A stretch of DNA of 64,000 nt from Balanoglossus misakiensis (taxonomy: Eukaryota; Animalia; Hemichordata), in the NCBI GenBank assembly GCA_040954595.2, contig CM082594.2:7633573-7697572 (forward strand), read 5' to 3'. Positions 35,853 through 48,385 of the stretch are shown piece by piece (the stretch's first letter is position 1; each line of letters starts with the position of its first letter). The position numbers were made by a program, and so were the translations under genes. A model generated the notes under the pieces. It was not told the origin of the DNA and made no database searches. It was given only the letters and a program-made list of their open reading frames with translations.

Positions 35853-37819
35853 AAAAAACATGAATTGATGTGCAGAGGTAAATGAGAAAGTACATTGTCA
35901 ATGTAAAAACTCAAGAATGGTCACAGTTTATTTTTGGTTCTCGCACAACTTGGTTTTCATGTTCCCATAATATGTCCTGAAATAATACTTGCTTCATCAC
36001 TCATTATGAATTTGGGGGCATTCTGAATCCAGTATTGACTTAACCCAACCACTGTTTGTAAGAGAATTAAACCTTTCACAGTAATAGTGTTATTGTTTTG
36101 ATATTATTTTGATTTTATTGTACTGAAATATGAGAGTCCTTGCAATCACAATGTCCAGTGTTGTACATCAACAAGATATTACCGTGGCTGGAATTTGGAC
36201 GACAGTAATCGCGCAATTTTTTTTCACTTTGAATGACTGTATGGCCTATGACTCAAATTTCATCTCAGAGTAGTTGAATAGTTTGTGTGTCATCATTTAC
36301 ATGGAATCAAACTGTGCTATTAGTTGTTCTCACTTTCAAAGACATAAGGAAGATTGGATCCAAAGTGTGAAATCTGGCTGCTTGATTGTGTACTTAATTT
36401 TAGGTTTGCTTCGACTTAGCTCTTGTAATATAAAGCAACCAGGTCAATGATGCTAAACTTTAGTGTCTGGCTAGCCTTCCCACCTAAGTTTGTGGATTTT
36501 GATATCTGTCATAAGTTTTGAAATTATTTACAATTTTCTCCCCGTTTGTGATTCCGAGTTGAAGAGTGTCTTAATGTGAAATATATCTGATTAAGGGGAA
36601 AACTATCATAGTTTGTTTTATTTTTGTTCTCGTGTGAATTTACGTTGAATTTTACTTAGTTGGGACAGAGTTTATGAGTAATTTACAGATGTCTAATAAT
36701 ACTGACTCTTCATATGAGTTTATTTTCTTGAAATGATGGCTCACTTAAAATGCTTTGTGAGTTTCCTCGACTAACATTGCTGCCTTCAAGTTTTCTTGTT
36801 ACTTGTACTTTTCATAGTGTGTTTATGAATGCTGGCTGTGTTCAAAGATTTCTTTCAGCGTATTGCAAAACCATGTATATTTTTTTTATGAATGTAAATA
36901 CTCATGTGGTTCTGAGAGTGTATTATATTTTCTTTCTCTTGACCTTAAGAATGTTTCCTTTGCTCAGCAATGCACATCCTTCATCCAAAGTTGGCCATAA
37001 TTTCAGGTCAAAGGTTAACCAGGAACACATCTTTGACTCTTCTTTTCATGCAACCAATCTTCTCACTCTGGACAAAACTCTTTTCATAGTCCTTCCCTTT
37101 TATGTGGGCATGTTAGGTTTATTCAAAACCCGTTCTTAAATATTAATCATATTTTAAATCGACTGCAAAATTTTAACTCAAAATTATGCTCAATATTTAT
37201 AAAGCAATATTTTAAATATATAACTTTTATGTGGCATTGTTTGGTATATATATTAATGTGAAGTGAAGTGTAGTGTTTGTCTGATGTCTTGTTTATTGAA
37301 ACAATAAGTTTTCAAGATCATGAAGCAGACAAGCTTTTGAATTGTGGTATTTACAGAGAACATTCCAGATCTTTGCAAATGGAGTACTATTCCATACACT
37401 CAGCTTTCAGCTTTCAGTGTCTCAAGATCAAACATTCTCGTCTAAATATGTAATTACATTTCAATGCACTCTCTAATATGCAACTTTGTGTACATGTAAC
37501 ATTATTGTAAAGTGGTCACATCAATATTTTATAATCCAGAAAGTTATTTAACCAGCCATTGTAATCAAGAGGAAGTTATTGGAAAAAGTTTTTTGACTTT
37601 TGAAAAAATTGTGTGTACATGCCATTGTCGTGGAAGGGTGTTAGACTCAGAAAAGGGAATAGATCATGTGATAAAGGATTTGCTGAAGACAGTCTGTGTT
37701 TTTGTATGTGTTTTGGTGCAGAAAGTTTTATTTTGCCATATTGTATTGTCATTGTACATAGCACTAACATGTGTATATCCAAGACTAAGTTAAAGTATTT
37801 TGTGGTTTACATATATGAC

Positions 37820-37825
37820 AATAAA
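37820..37825 (+). terminator. Candidate polyadenylation signal of the PEAK gene (3' UTR about 2 kb)
   Basis: AATAAA at the end of a T-rich, CpG-poor tract, just before composition changes. Confidence 0.45.
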
Positions 37826-38040
37826 ACTAAGTTTATTATAAAAGATGTAAATATGAGACGGTGATCTGAATTTAAGATAAGATTTGGAACATACTCTATC
37901 ACCCCAAGACCTTCAACTGTCCTTATGTTGTGTAGGCAGGCAATGAGTGCCCAATTTATGAAAGACAGCTGGACTTGGAGGAGCCTGATATACTGCCTTT
38001 TCCGGGCGCTCCCAAATAGAGGAAAGAATGTTGCCAACAT

Positions 38041-38055
38041 CCAGTAGATGGCGCT
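38041..38055 (+). promoter_or_regulatory. CTCF-like motif CCAGTAGATGGCGCT
   Basis: 14/14 match to the CCASYAGRKGGCRS core, located just after the PEAK 3' end. Confidence 0.55.
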
Positions 38056-39661
38056 TTACTGCTGACCCCAGTGGAAGTGGTGACATCCTGCACGACTGAA
38101 ATGAACAGCAGTGGACTGGAAACTGGCGGTGGTGCGCCTCCAAGTGTCAGGAGATTATTTCAGAAATCATATCTGCCATATTGTGGTTTTTTGAAACTTT
38201 GCCACATATCTTCTCTGAACCTGGGCACCTTATCCGAAGTGATGGGCTGCCAATTTACATTGATCCAACTGCACTACCAAGATGAAACCGAGCTGATCCC
38301 TAATTGCGCTTTCAATTCTCGCAGGCGCGACTTCTATTCTTTCAAACACGAACCATTATCACATTTCGGTCGACACGGCACGAAATTAAATTTAATTTGG
38401 AGAGGGGAGATAGTTCAAACAAACCTGCAGGAAATCACCTGTTCCAGTATGTAAATATGCCATAGAAACCACATTGATCGGCACTCAGACGGCATCGGGC
38501 AATAAAAGATGCAGACGACAGTTTTGGCGATTTTAATGACCAACACTGGTATCTCTCGGCAAAAGGCGTTCTTGAATGTCGTCGCATCGCTTCATCGACA
38601 CCAACTCGACGTCACGATGTCTGATTTGGTTTGCGAGCAGTAATGGGCTGCAATTTGGAAGTGTGATGGAACTTGACTGCCTTTATAAGCGATCGCCATT
38701 CAATTTTGACGTGCAGCAATCTGATTTTTTTTTTTTAATGACCAAGATATTGGTCAAAAAGAAGAGCGAAATTTGTCCTGGTCCGGCATTTGTTTGGCAA
38801 AATAAACCACATACCCGCCTGCGACATCTAGTTGACATTCCCTGGTGAAAATGCAATTAGCAGCATCGTACATATAAACCAGGAATTTTGCAGGCAGCAT
38901 AACACAATACCTTTGTGCGCCAGTGAATACATGCATGCAGTTTCCAGGGCTGCAAATGACGCACTTTACGCAGCCGTTCGTGTCTACACATACCACTCCC
39001 TACGAACGGAATCCAGTCTGATTCAATAATTGAAACTGCCTCTAGCGTTTACAGAACAGACAAGGTTACATCTAAAGTGGTATTCTATGAAATTATGCCA
39101 CGCAGAGAAATAGGCGTAATTGCAATCTTCCCCGCGTGCGTTTTTGAAATATTGTACGAGAAATATTGCTCATTGCTGGTGACATTCCTTATTTTCGGTA
39201 AAAGTCTCTCAAAAATAGATGGAACTGAGGTAATTTACATGTAAGTGAATGGTTTCAATATGATGTGAAATCATAAGTCTGATTATTATTCATGAAATTC
39301 TTCAAAAGGCCAAAGATAGCAATATGTTTCCTATTTTTGGTTGAAATCCATGACGTGAATCTTAAACTGAACCCGTAAATAATTTAAGATCTTTTTTAAA
39401 AAATGTTCTCGTTAATCAAAAGTAAAACTCCATTAACCTTGTTTTCGGATGCTAGACAACTTTGAGATAGCAATCTGAGTGAAAGCTTTTCACGGACACT
39501 GAAACGATTTACTCATGTCGGGGTAATTGTCGATTTCTTTCTGTCGGGTTTCAGGTAAACGACACTGAAACAATCTGGGCATTTCCAGAACAATAGTTCC
39601 CGATCACAAGAGACATCTTGAACCGGGGATTCCCGTTTACTAATTTCAATGCTTCAACTTT

Positions 39662-40570
39662 GATGACGTCCCTAGTGACGTGACCTCACGTGACCTCCCA
39701 CATCTGTGGCAGGGGCTTTTTAAGTCACGTGCTAACAGAAGACAAATCGATATTTCGACGCATTTTGTCCGTGACTGCAATTAGTTTGCCTGGTTATTTT
39801 ATCATTTTCCCGAAAATTAGTTTTCGTATTATGTATACAAAAATGGAATAATTTGGCCAATTCGAACTGCACGAAGAGGATAATACGTTTTTTTCTTTTC
39901 GCGCTGCACCTTACTTTAATTTTAATTTTATGTATCGCATATAGCTGGCCATTTTTGCTTGAATGATCCACAGAACAGTCGGAGGGAGCGGTCCTTAGAT
40001 TTTAATATCAATACAAACTCTCGGTCATAAATCATATTTGATTGCTTTTGGAGACAGCGAATGACACATGCAAGCGCGAATAAAATGTTTCAGACGAATT
40101 CAAAATAAACTGCAGACTCGATTCGAAATTTAAAGATAAAACAGGCCTATTTTATTAAACCGAGAGAGAGAGCGAAAAACGAAACTGTAATATTCAAGCG
40201 GCGTTGGAAGCTTGTGACGTAAAGGCAACACGTCAATGCATCGTAATGGGCCATTCACCGGCCACAAACCCCTCCTTAAAAGTGGAATGGTCCATTAAGA
40301 GGGAGAGAGTACGTTCATCTATTCTCGTGGAAATGCATATCCACAAGCAGGCCATCATTAAGATGAACGAGATACCGTGAGTCTAGTGTTAAAAGCAGAC
40401 GTGATTTTGCCATCAGTGTGCGCGTGAAATCCCATTGAAAGGTTTTTCGGTGAAAGAAGACCAGTCACATCGACGACTCCGCGGCAAGCGACGGGATGTC
40501 TCGATAAGGTTTCCCGTACATTGTCACCGCTATCACTGGAGCGTGGACAGATATCAGTGGAACAGGTAAG
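39662..40570 (+). promoter_or_regulatory. Candidate upstream promoter and non-coding first exon of LHFPL2
   Basis: CpG-rich; cluster of TGACGTC, GTGACGTGAC, TCACGTGAC and GTCACGTG at 39664-39731; strong donor CAG|GTAAGC at 40566; no coding gene lies between here and LHFPL2. Confidence 0.4.
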
Positions 40571-43500
40571 CCATTACATAATCCTATACAATGCGGACTG
40601 AAATAGGATGACACGGTTTTATTTTATTTACATATTCCCCGTGTCTCCGCGACTCCCATCTCAATATCATTTCCCCGAATTTGTGGCCGGTTAATATCGT
40701 TTGCACTGAATTACGGGGTGTGTCCGCACTTGTCGGGTTGCAGTACTGCAGTGACGTTTTTCTGATCTCTTGCCTGTTGTATGTGCTGGGAATGCCGTAT
40801 CAGCAACCAAAATAGAAACCGACGATGAATTCTTAACGCTGCTTGGCGCCACGGGGAATAAAATATAAACACAAAGCGATAACTTCCCTTGAAATATGTT
40901 CTTTTGCGTCAAGCAGTATTTTATCGATAATTCTAGGGAGAACACATATATTTTTTTCCTTCTGCTTTTGCTGTTTTGTTGTCCATTGACGTTGCTCCAA
41001 ATTAAACAGATGGGAGATCAATACTCTTTGGAAATTCACTTTAAAACAGCAAGGATACTCAATCATTAAGCGAAGTCCTCCAAAAATGACCCGATCACAT
41101 AGTTCAAAGAAACAGAAAACACACGCCCTATCATTAGATCCAATTGCATTTTAAATCCGGATTTGAGATTCAGGATTATTGCTGAGCCGTAAAAAGATAT
41201 AAAGTGACGGATTACAGACGACCCAGTTCGCTGGCTACACATGGCATCTCTATCTATACCAGCGCCTAAAGCCTGTCTCTTCAATATTGATTGCACCGGA
41301 GCCAGTGGAGCCCCCGTTCTCGTGCCATTGTCATCCCGCAACAATACAATGTAATTTGGCGATGATTTAGGACTCGGAATATGACCAGAATGAGTGGAAG
41401 CCCGGAGCCTTATGTGAACCCCCACAGTTGCTTTTTTAAAAATTGACGGCGACTTGGCACTTTGCGGGATGCAATTTTCCATCTCAAAATTCATGCATAT
41501 TGTAAGAACACTGGCCCTTAGTCCATTGTGTATTTTAAGTGCCACGCCCCCCGCCACGCGCTTTTCCATTCTGTCATCGCTATTGTGCTTTCATTTCTTC
41601 CAACCAAGCGTAACAAACGCATTACCCGTTATTTCGTCAAAATTCTGCGAACTTTGACCCAAAGAGAACGAGACGAATATCGATGGGGAATCTCTGCATT
41701 GTCAACGTTTTTGCATTAACATCTCCGCAGTCGACGAAAATTCTCACAGAAATATTCCGCAAACTCATTTTTGGCACCCACTGTGCGCGAGGTTCTGAAA
41801 TCTGTAAAATTGCTTTTCGCCTTATGGCTCATATATTTCCCCCAGATCACTATAATGGTCCGGAACTCGGTTTAATATCTGGAAGGATTTTAACGAAGAT
41901 CCCGCTGATCTCAGAGCAGTGTATGCAGTGATGATCATTCATTTCGCTCGTTAGGCACGCCATCAGAGATTTCATATTCGTATAATTCAGACACTTCACT
42001 GCGTGCAACTGACTCCATTCTCGCTCAAGTAATAGTCGTGGGAACATTTATATAACTGTGAACGCCCATGTTTTGAGGTTCTGCGCCATAAAAAGTGTGA
42101 AAAAGAGACGAGGTAATATTTCAAGAAGAGTGATGGTCGAATGAGTACACTTTTGGCCGCTTTGCGTCTCTTCCCGGTTCGTGATGAACGACTTTATTTT
42201 TGCCAATAACTTTTGTCGGTCGTGCACATCAGAAGTAGGCGCTGTTGTCAACGTAACGTAAGTTAGTCGCTGTGGTTTCATAAATTGTAACTTTATTCCA
42301 GCAAAGTTCAGTGCGGTTCGTTAATTTTCAACAGTTTCATATTTCTGAGCGGTTTTGCAGACTTTCTCCACAATTTCTTCAAGCTGCCTCACCGAATCCA
42401 CTTGTTCTCAGAAATGAAATGTTGGGACCAAACGCGACAAGAAAATGAGAGCGCACAAATTAAAACCGCCAATACAAAATGATTAATTTGAAGTATCGAA
42501 GTAGGTCAACGCATCAAATGTTTGCAGATATGTGGAATACGTGAGCAGAAGTTTAAATGTGACGATGCTGTCACACGATAGCCAATTTTCTGATTTTTCC
42601 AATCGTGGATCAGGTGGTTACACAATAAACTGTCGCACCGCGTGTAATCTTAATTTGTCAAATAGCTGTATGCGAAACCATCACTCGATCAGACACCATT
42701 CACTTAAATTACACTTAAAAGTAATCGTATTTTAACTCTAAAATGTCACCGTTTATGAAAACGGGAAACTCAAAATCACAAATAGTGTCTGGTACAAGTC
42801 GTGGTGACGTCGTTTCCACAAAGTTCAGACAAGAAATGCGCGTATCACTTTTTTTCTTGCATTTCTGAATCACGATAGAGAGGGTGTTATACGTCCATGG
42901 TTGTCCTTAGTCCAGCAACTCGCCTCTCCTGATCACGTCGCCTGGCAACAAATTAGTAGCATAGCCTGATGAGTTATAATATTCTAGTCGCTAACAATCA
43001 ATGTAATTTGCATATATTAATTTAAGGAAATTGCATTGATTTGCATGTATTAAATGAGGCAATATCATTAAAACCCACTTAATGTTGTAAAAAATATCGG
43101 CAGCATTGATTATTGACATAGTGCCGCACGCGCGTGTGAGAGTATAAAAATAGCTGCATAAATAAAACCGTTTTAAATGAACAATACCTAGAAGTTTGCA
43201 CGATTTCACGAAATCAATATATTTTGCGATTTCTTACATGTCAGTTTCACATGCCGACAATATGTCATTTTTGCCTGCAAATGATTGGAGATTTATCACG
43301 GGCAACCTCGCGGGACCACGATACACTTCCTATAAATAATTTCATGTCAAGCGGAATGGTTCGAGTTACGCAATGTAATAGCTTCGGGCTTATTCCTCCA
43401 TTTACAAATCAAGACGCTTTGAGGTTTTACGAATATTTCCACCACATGAAACCATACTTAAAGTTTCGGACGTTTTTTTTCTGTGCAGTCACCGTATATT

Positions 43501-45959
43501 CACCTTATATAGTACATGCTGCAGTTTCTATAGGCCTACCCCCCCCCTCCCCGATGATTCATTATCCGATCTGTAATTCTGCAAGTGCTCCAGAGTGCTT
43601 CTTTGTTAGAAACTTTTTGTATCCCGTTTCCTCCAAGCACTCTCCGCTTCCATTTTCATGTATTTACTCGCCCGATGGGATTAGTCAAGTAATTTACTGC
43701 ACTTCAAGTGGGTAAATTTTCTGTCAGCTTGTTTTGTTAAATTTACTTCAAATGATGGGCCTTTTGCGTTTTCATGCGCTGTTATTTCTGTAACACCCAA
43801 CCATGTAATCGGGTCAGATTAAAATTGCAATCGTGCAGACGAAAGCAGTTGGCGCCCGTAGTATCATTAACACTCTACGTGTCTAAATTCAAGCACAGAA
43901 GAATAATATGTCTGCTTCTCGCATTTTATGACCACCGTGCCCTATGAAATTGCCTATATACGATAGGAACAATCGCGTCTGTCCATCAATTATGATAACG
44001 AAATTTATAAAACGAGTGGTAATAAAATAATACGAACACAGACAGTAATAAATATGCATGAAGGAAATATGATTGGTTGTCAATAATGATTTGCCATGCC
44101 AGTCTCGTTCTTTGAAACATTTAAGAGGAAGATTTCGTTGTTGAAGAGCTGTCTGTCTGCATAATAATATGTCTGTCTGTATGTATGTAGGCCTACTTAT
44201 ATATATATCGCCTCCGTCTGGGCTCAACAGCTCGCAGACTCGTGATCAAACAACTGATAACAGGCATGCATTCACCGATAGTCATCAATATTTAAAAAAA
44301 TAACATATGTTGGGAGGAAATTAAAGCAGCTCTCTGTCAAATCTTGCGTAGCAACGAGGCTGTGGCAACCTATAACGTAGATTTGTTACCTGGGGCAACG
44401 CACGGTAATTAGATATCGCACTACGTTTCTAGCCAGCGGCTAAACTGAAGCGACCACGCAATCTCATGCATAAACCAGCAATTTCTGAAATGATATTGGT
44501 ACATTGACATATTTATTGCTCTAAGATTAATTCGAGTGTCCCCTGCGTATCTAAAGATTGGCTGGAAATTTATTTCATCAATTAAAGCGAGCACGAGAAC
44601 GAAATTATATTTCCTGTCTGGTATTATCTTCATGCTTTGATATATTCCTCATTCTTTAACATTAATCATTCCTCTGCGAACAACGCCCGTTCCTTAAATT
44701 TAGAAACAGTTGGTAACCTGAATTGGATCTTTCTGAAAACTTGCTGACCCGCCGAATCGACAGCTTCCAATTCATCAGAAAAAACAGGACCAAAGTTTGT
44801 TCGATGGAGAATTCTTCAAAGTGGTACCGCCAGAAACTCTGTAAAGTAATCCGCGTCGCTTGTCGGAAACCAATTAATTGAAGTACGCGCACTCACTTCT
44901 GCATGACGATCATTAAGGTCACCTCCCTGGGGTCAACTTCTGGGGTGAATATTGGGTGAAGGTCACCACAGGAAATGAAATAACAAGAACGATATGAGTG
45001 ATCATAATTGCTCCGAATCACAATTTTTCATGCAATATGGCGATTACGGGCTGTCTCATCAATTACAATGATGAAAACGTATCCTAGCAACGCTTCTTTA
45101 ATGATGTAGGTACAATTATCGCTTTGGGCGTGACCTTGACATTCCTCTGCTAAATTGGATGTTCCAATCTGCAAAACTCAAAGAAGCGAACAATATTTAC
45201 ATCTATTAGCCGTTCTTTTCAAATTGCCCGCACTGAGAGAGAAAGATCGGCTTATAAAGGTAGACATTATTTGGACTGGAACCGGCTTAATTGAACGTTT
45301 TTCACACGACAAGCAAAACACACACCTGCGCATACTGGCAAACAAGCACAAATCTTACCCATGACGACAAACACGGACGACAGAAAGTGCATGGGCACCA
45401 GGTGTGATTGTAAAAACCATGTCAACAGAACAGAAACTGTATGCTCTTTGTCTTTCTTAAAAGTGACCGTAAATTGTCGGCTGTATCAGTTACCAAGGAG
45501 AATCCTGAGAAAGAGCGCGGCGTGGATTGCTTGCATACGCCATCTTTAATTAAAGAATAACATTTATTGAAAACCCTACCCTCTCCAAATGTTTTGCTTG
45601 CATGCATGTGTGCAACCTTGGTGTTCACTCACTTGCAAGAATGCAATGTCGTTGCATTTGAACATTAACTGAACATTATAGTATTGAATTGTACGTCCCA
45701 AAAAGTTGTCTGCTAGTTTTAGTTTACCACCAGGATTAATTAGTAGGTCCCTAACTTTTAATCAGCACATAGTGTGCATGGTTTACAGATATCTGACTGA
45801 AATCCGAAAAATAAATACGCTACCTACATAATTTTGGTAGTGACAAAGATAGTTTGGTATGTGGAATACGCAATGTGTCGTCATTTCCAAGGAAACATAC
45901 GTGATACACGCCCACTATAATTATGCTAATTTATGCCGATAAGATATATAACATAAGTA

Positions 45960-46107
45960 GGATGTAACTTCCGGTCGCTTGGCACATCACATCAGGGAAC
46001 GAAGAAGACTGGCGTTTGGTAGTGTAATATTGGTAGAGTTACTTTTTGGAGTCGGTGAATACAGTTCGAAGTCCCCACGGAGAGGTTTTAGTGGTAAAAA
46101 CGTAAGT
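45960..46107 (+). promoter_or_regulatory. Candidate second promoter/first exon of LHFPL2
   Basis: ETS-type ACTTCCGG at 45967 followed about 130 nt later by a GTAAGT donor at 46102; CpG-rich; GTCACGTGA near 46408. Confidence 0.4.
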
Positions 46108-47053
46108 ACCGAGTGAAATTTATTGCGACAATTGTTCGTTCGCTGTGCTTGGTCTCAGAGCTTTATCACAAACAATACGTGCATTGGTACAATGCATTGT
46201 CATCAATGTCGATTTCAGTGCAGGTTGACCATATATTTTCGAGCGGATTTTATTTTGTCCCGCAAGTCGAAACTTAAAAAAATACACGGCATAGTTTCAC
46301 TGGAATATGAGACTGCCTGTTTGTGGTGGCATGGTATATGTAGTTTTAAATGAAGAGTTTAAAAATGTGATTCAGAATTCTCCGAAAAAACCTCGGCATG
46401 GTCGCAAGTCACGTGATGTAACTTTTTTAATCTCGCCAATTATTTTTCGCAGTTGCTCCATCAACATTTTGGTTACCCTATTGCCCCCTTTAATGAATTA
46501 TTCAACACTTGTGTGAAGTGCAATTGTTCATGAAACTTTTAAAGTTGCGGTACGCGTCAAAAGATTCCCCTGAATCATAGAAATCTATGGCAGGTAGTGC
46601 CTAGGTATATCAATTCCTCGCATTTTATGGTTCACTGCGGATGAAAAAGCGATTAGAATAGCAATCGACCGATGTTTGCTTTCTTACTCTGATCTCGAGT
46701 TTGTAGCCGGCGGAGGTCAAATTAAAGTTTACATAACTGTACCGTGTCAACAAAAGCAAACTTACACTGATAATAAATCTAATAGTAAAACTTCATCAAA
46801 CATAAGCAAGGTATTATGGTAACAAATAGCTGTGGTCACGCACCTGTACCATTGGGGGTGGGGGTGATTAATCAGCCCCCCCCCTCCTGTACAGCTGCGT
46901 TACCACAGCTAGGTAACAAACTGTGAGTGACGAGTATATATGCCGAGAAGTGAAATAGCAAAAGTCGTTTCAAAAGTCATCTTCACATGATGGACAGCCT
47001 ACTGAGAAAATAAGAAATACAAGTACTTTGTTTCTTTATTGAAATACTGTTAA

Positions 47054-48039
47054 GGTAGTTGGAAAGGCTAGAGCGTCAGTTAAAATTTCATTTAAAAACA
47101 CTGAATTTATATCTAGAAATGTATTAGAGAAAAATTAAACTCATGAAAAATTCGGGGCAATAAACGTGTAACAAGATATGGCTGGTTTTATTATACCTAA
47201 TTTCATACATCTGGCAAGGAAGCTAGGGAGCCTTATTTGAGCGCCCTCTAGGGGAAGACTTCTCCTAGGCTATGCGCACAAGGACGGGTTCCCCTAGCCA
47301 AGGGCATTTAAATGTAACTTGCAAACACTGATTCTTGCAATTTTCAACGATAGATAACCTTGCTTGTTTATTAAAGGCTGCCAAATTATGGACATTTTTG
47401 CATTTCTAGGGAACCCGAAAAGCCAGCGGAAAAGCGTTTGACCCAGATAAATGCGATCCTTCGCCGTGAACTGCCGCTAAACTTTGCGTATTTCGCTACT
47501 TTTCTGCCCTTCGCCATAATGTAATGGTTTTTATTTGTGATTGAATTGGTATGCCAGATAATTTTTTTATCATGAAACTTCCAGGAAAGGCTCGGGACAT
47601 CCCAAAGAACAATTTTACGGGACAGTTTTTTCATAAGTTTTCCCGTTGTGTTTTGGCAGCACGTTAAAGTTGTATACAAAATATCAACAAAAACTGTGTT
47701 TTCCTGAGTGATAACTTTGAAAAAAATAAGTTTATGCTGAAAGTGTCCCGTACATTGCTGGAGGGGTTGCTTAATATTAAAATGAATACAAATTATTCAA
47801 TAATTTGTGAAAACATGTCAAGATTCAATCAATATTTTGTAAAATTATGAATATTTATATTTAGGCGTATCAAATTTCATAATTTTAGCAGATATTTTTA
47901 CAGTCATATTTTTCCCTCACTTTTGAGTTTGTTAAGAATACATGCTGCAAATTTCAAGTCATTATCTTTATTCTAACTTGTGAAAATAAATTCACAAACA
48001 TTGAGAGAATTTGCTTCAAAAATAGCCTTTCCAACTACC
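47054..48039. mobile_element. Non-autonomous DNA transposon (986 bp), Kolobok-like
   Basis: Perfect 17-bp TIRs GGTAGTTGGAAAGGCTA (47054-47070) and TAGCCTTTCCAACTACC (48023-48039), flanked by TTAA (47050-47053, 48040-48043). GG...CC termini with a TTAA TSD fit Kolobok rather than piggyBac. No transposase ORF. Confidence 0.8.
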
Positions 48040-48214
48040 TTAAGGTGAAATAAGAGTAGTTTCTACGAAAACATGGTAACAGTTTGATTTTCAGGTTTTC
48101 TTGTTGACTATCACAATACACAGGGATCAGTTTCTGAACCTTCAACGCTAAGCTCTGAGCCATTGTGTGGAATGGGGATCAATTTACGTGTTTTGAAGCT
48201 GACCAGTGAACTTC

Positions 48215-48285
48215 TAGCCTATAATCCTAGCCGTATTTTGTAGTTTTGGAAGCAAAGCGGACAAAATACGGCTAGGTCTAGGCTA
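48215..48285. mobile_element. 71-bp hairpin mini-transposon with 9-bp TSD
   Basis: TAGCCT..CCTAGCCGTATTTTG ... CAAAATACGGCTAGG..AGGCTA, flanked by perfect GTGAACTTC at 48206-48214 and 48286-48294. Confidence 0.75.
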
Positions 48286-48327
48286 GTGAACTTCAAACTA
48301 GATCGACTTTCAGTGCATGTTATTTAG

Positions 48328-48385
48328 TAGTCTAGAATCCAGACTGGAGCATAGCGAAAAACACACAAGTCAGGATTCTAGACTA
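48328..48385. mobile_element. 58-bp hairpin mini-transposon, TAGTCTAGAATCC family
   Basis: TAGTCTAGAATCCAGACT ... AGTCAGGATTCTAGACTA (1 mismatch); flanks GTTATTTAG / ATTATTCAG (7/9 identical). Confidence 0.7.

Noticed and set aside
41066-43715. 167-aa and 163-aa ORFs in the CpG-rich domain
   Set aside because: No domain signature, no codon bias and no phase-consistent exon chain.
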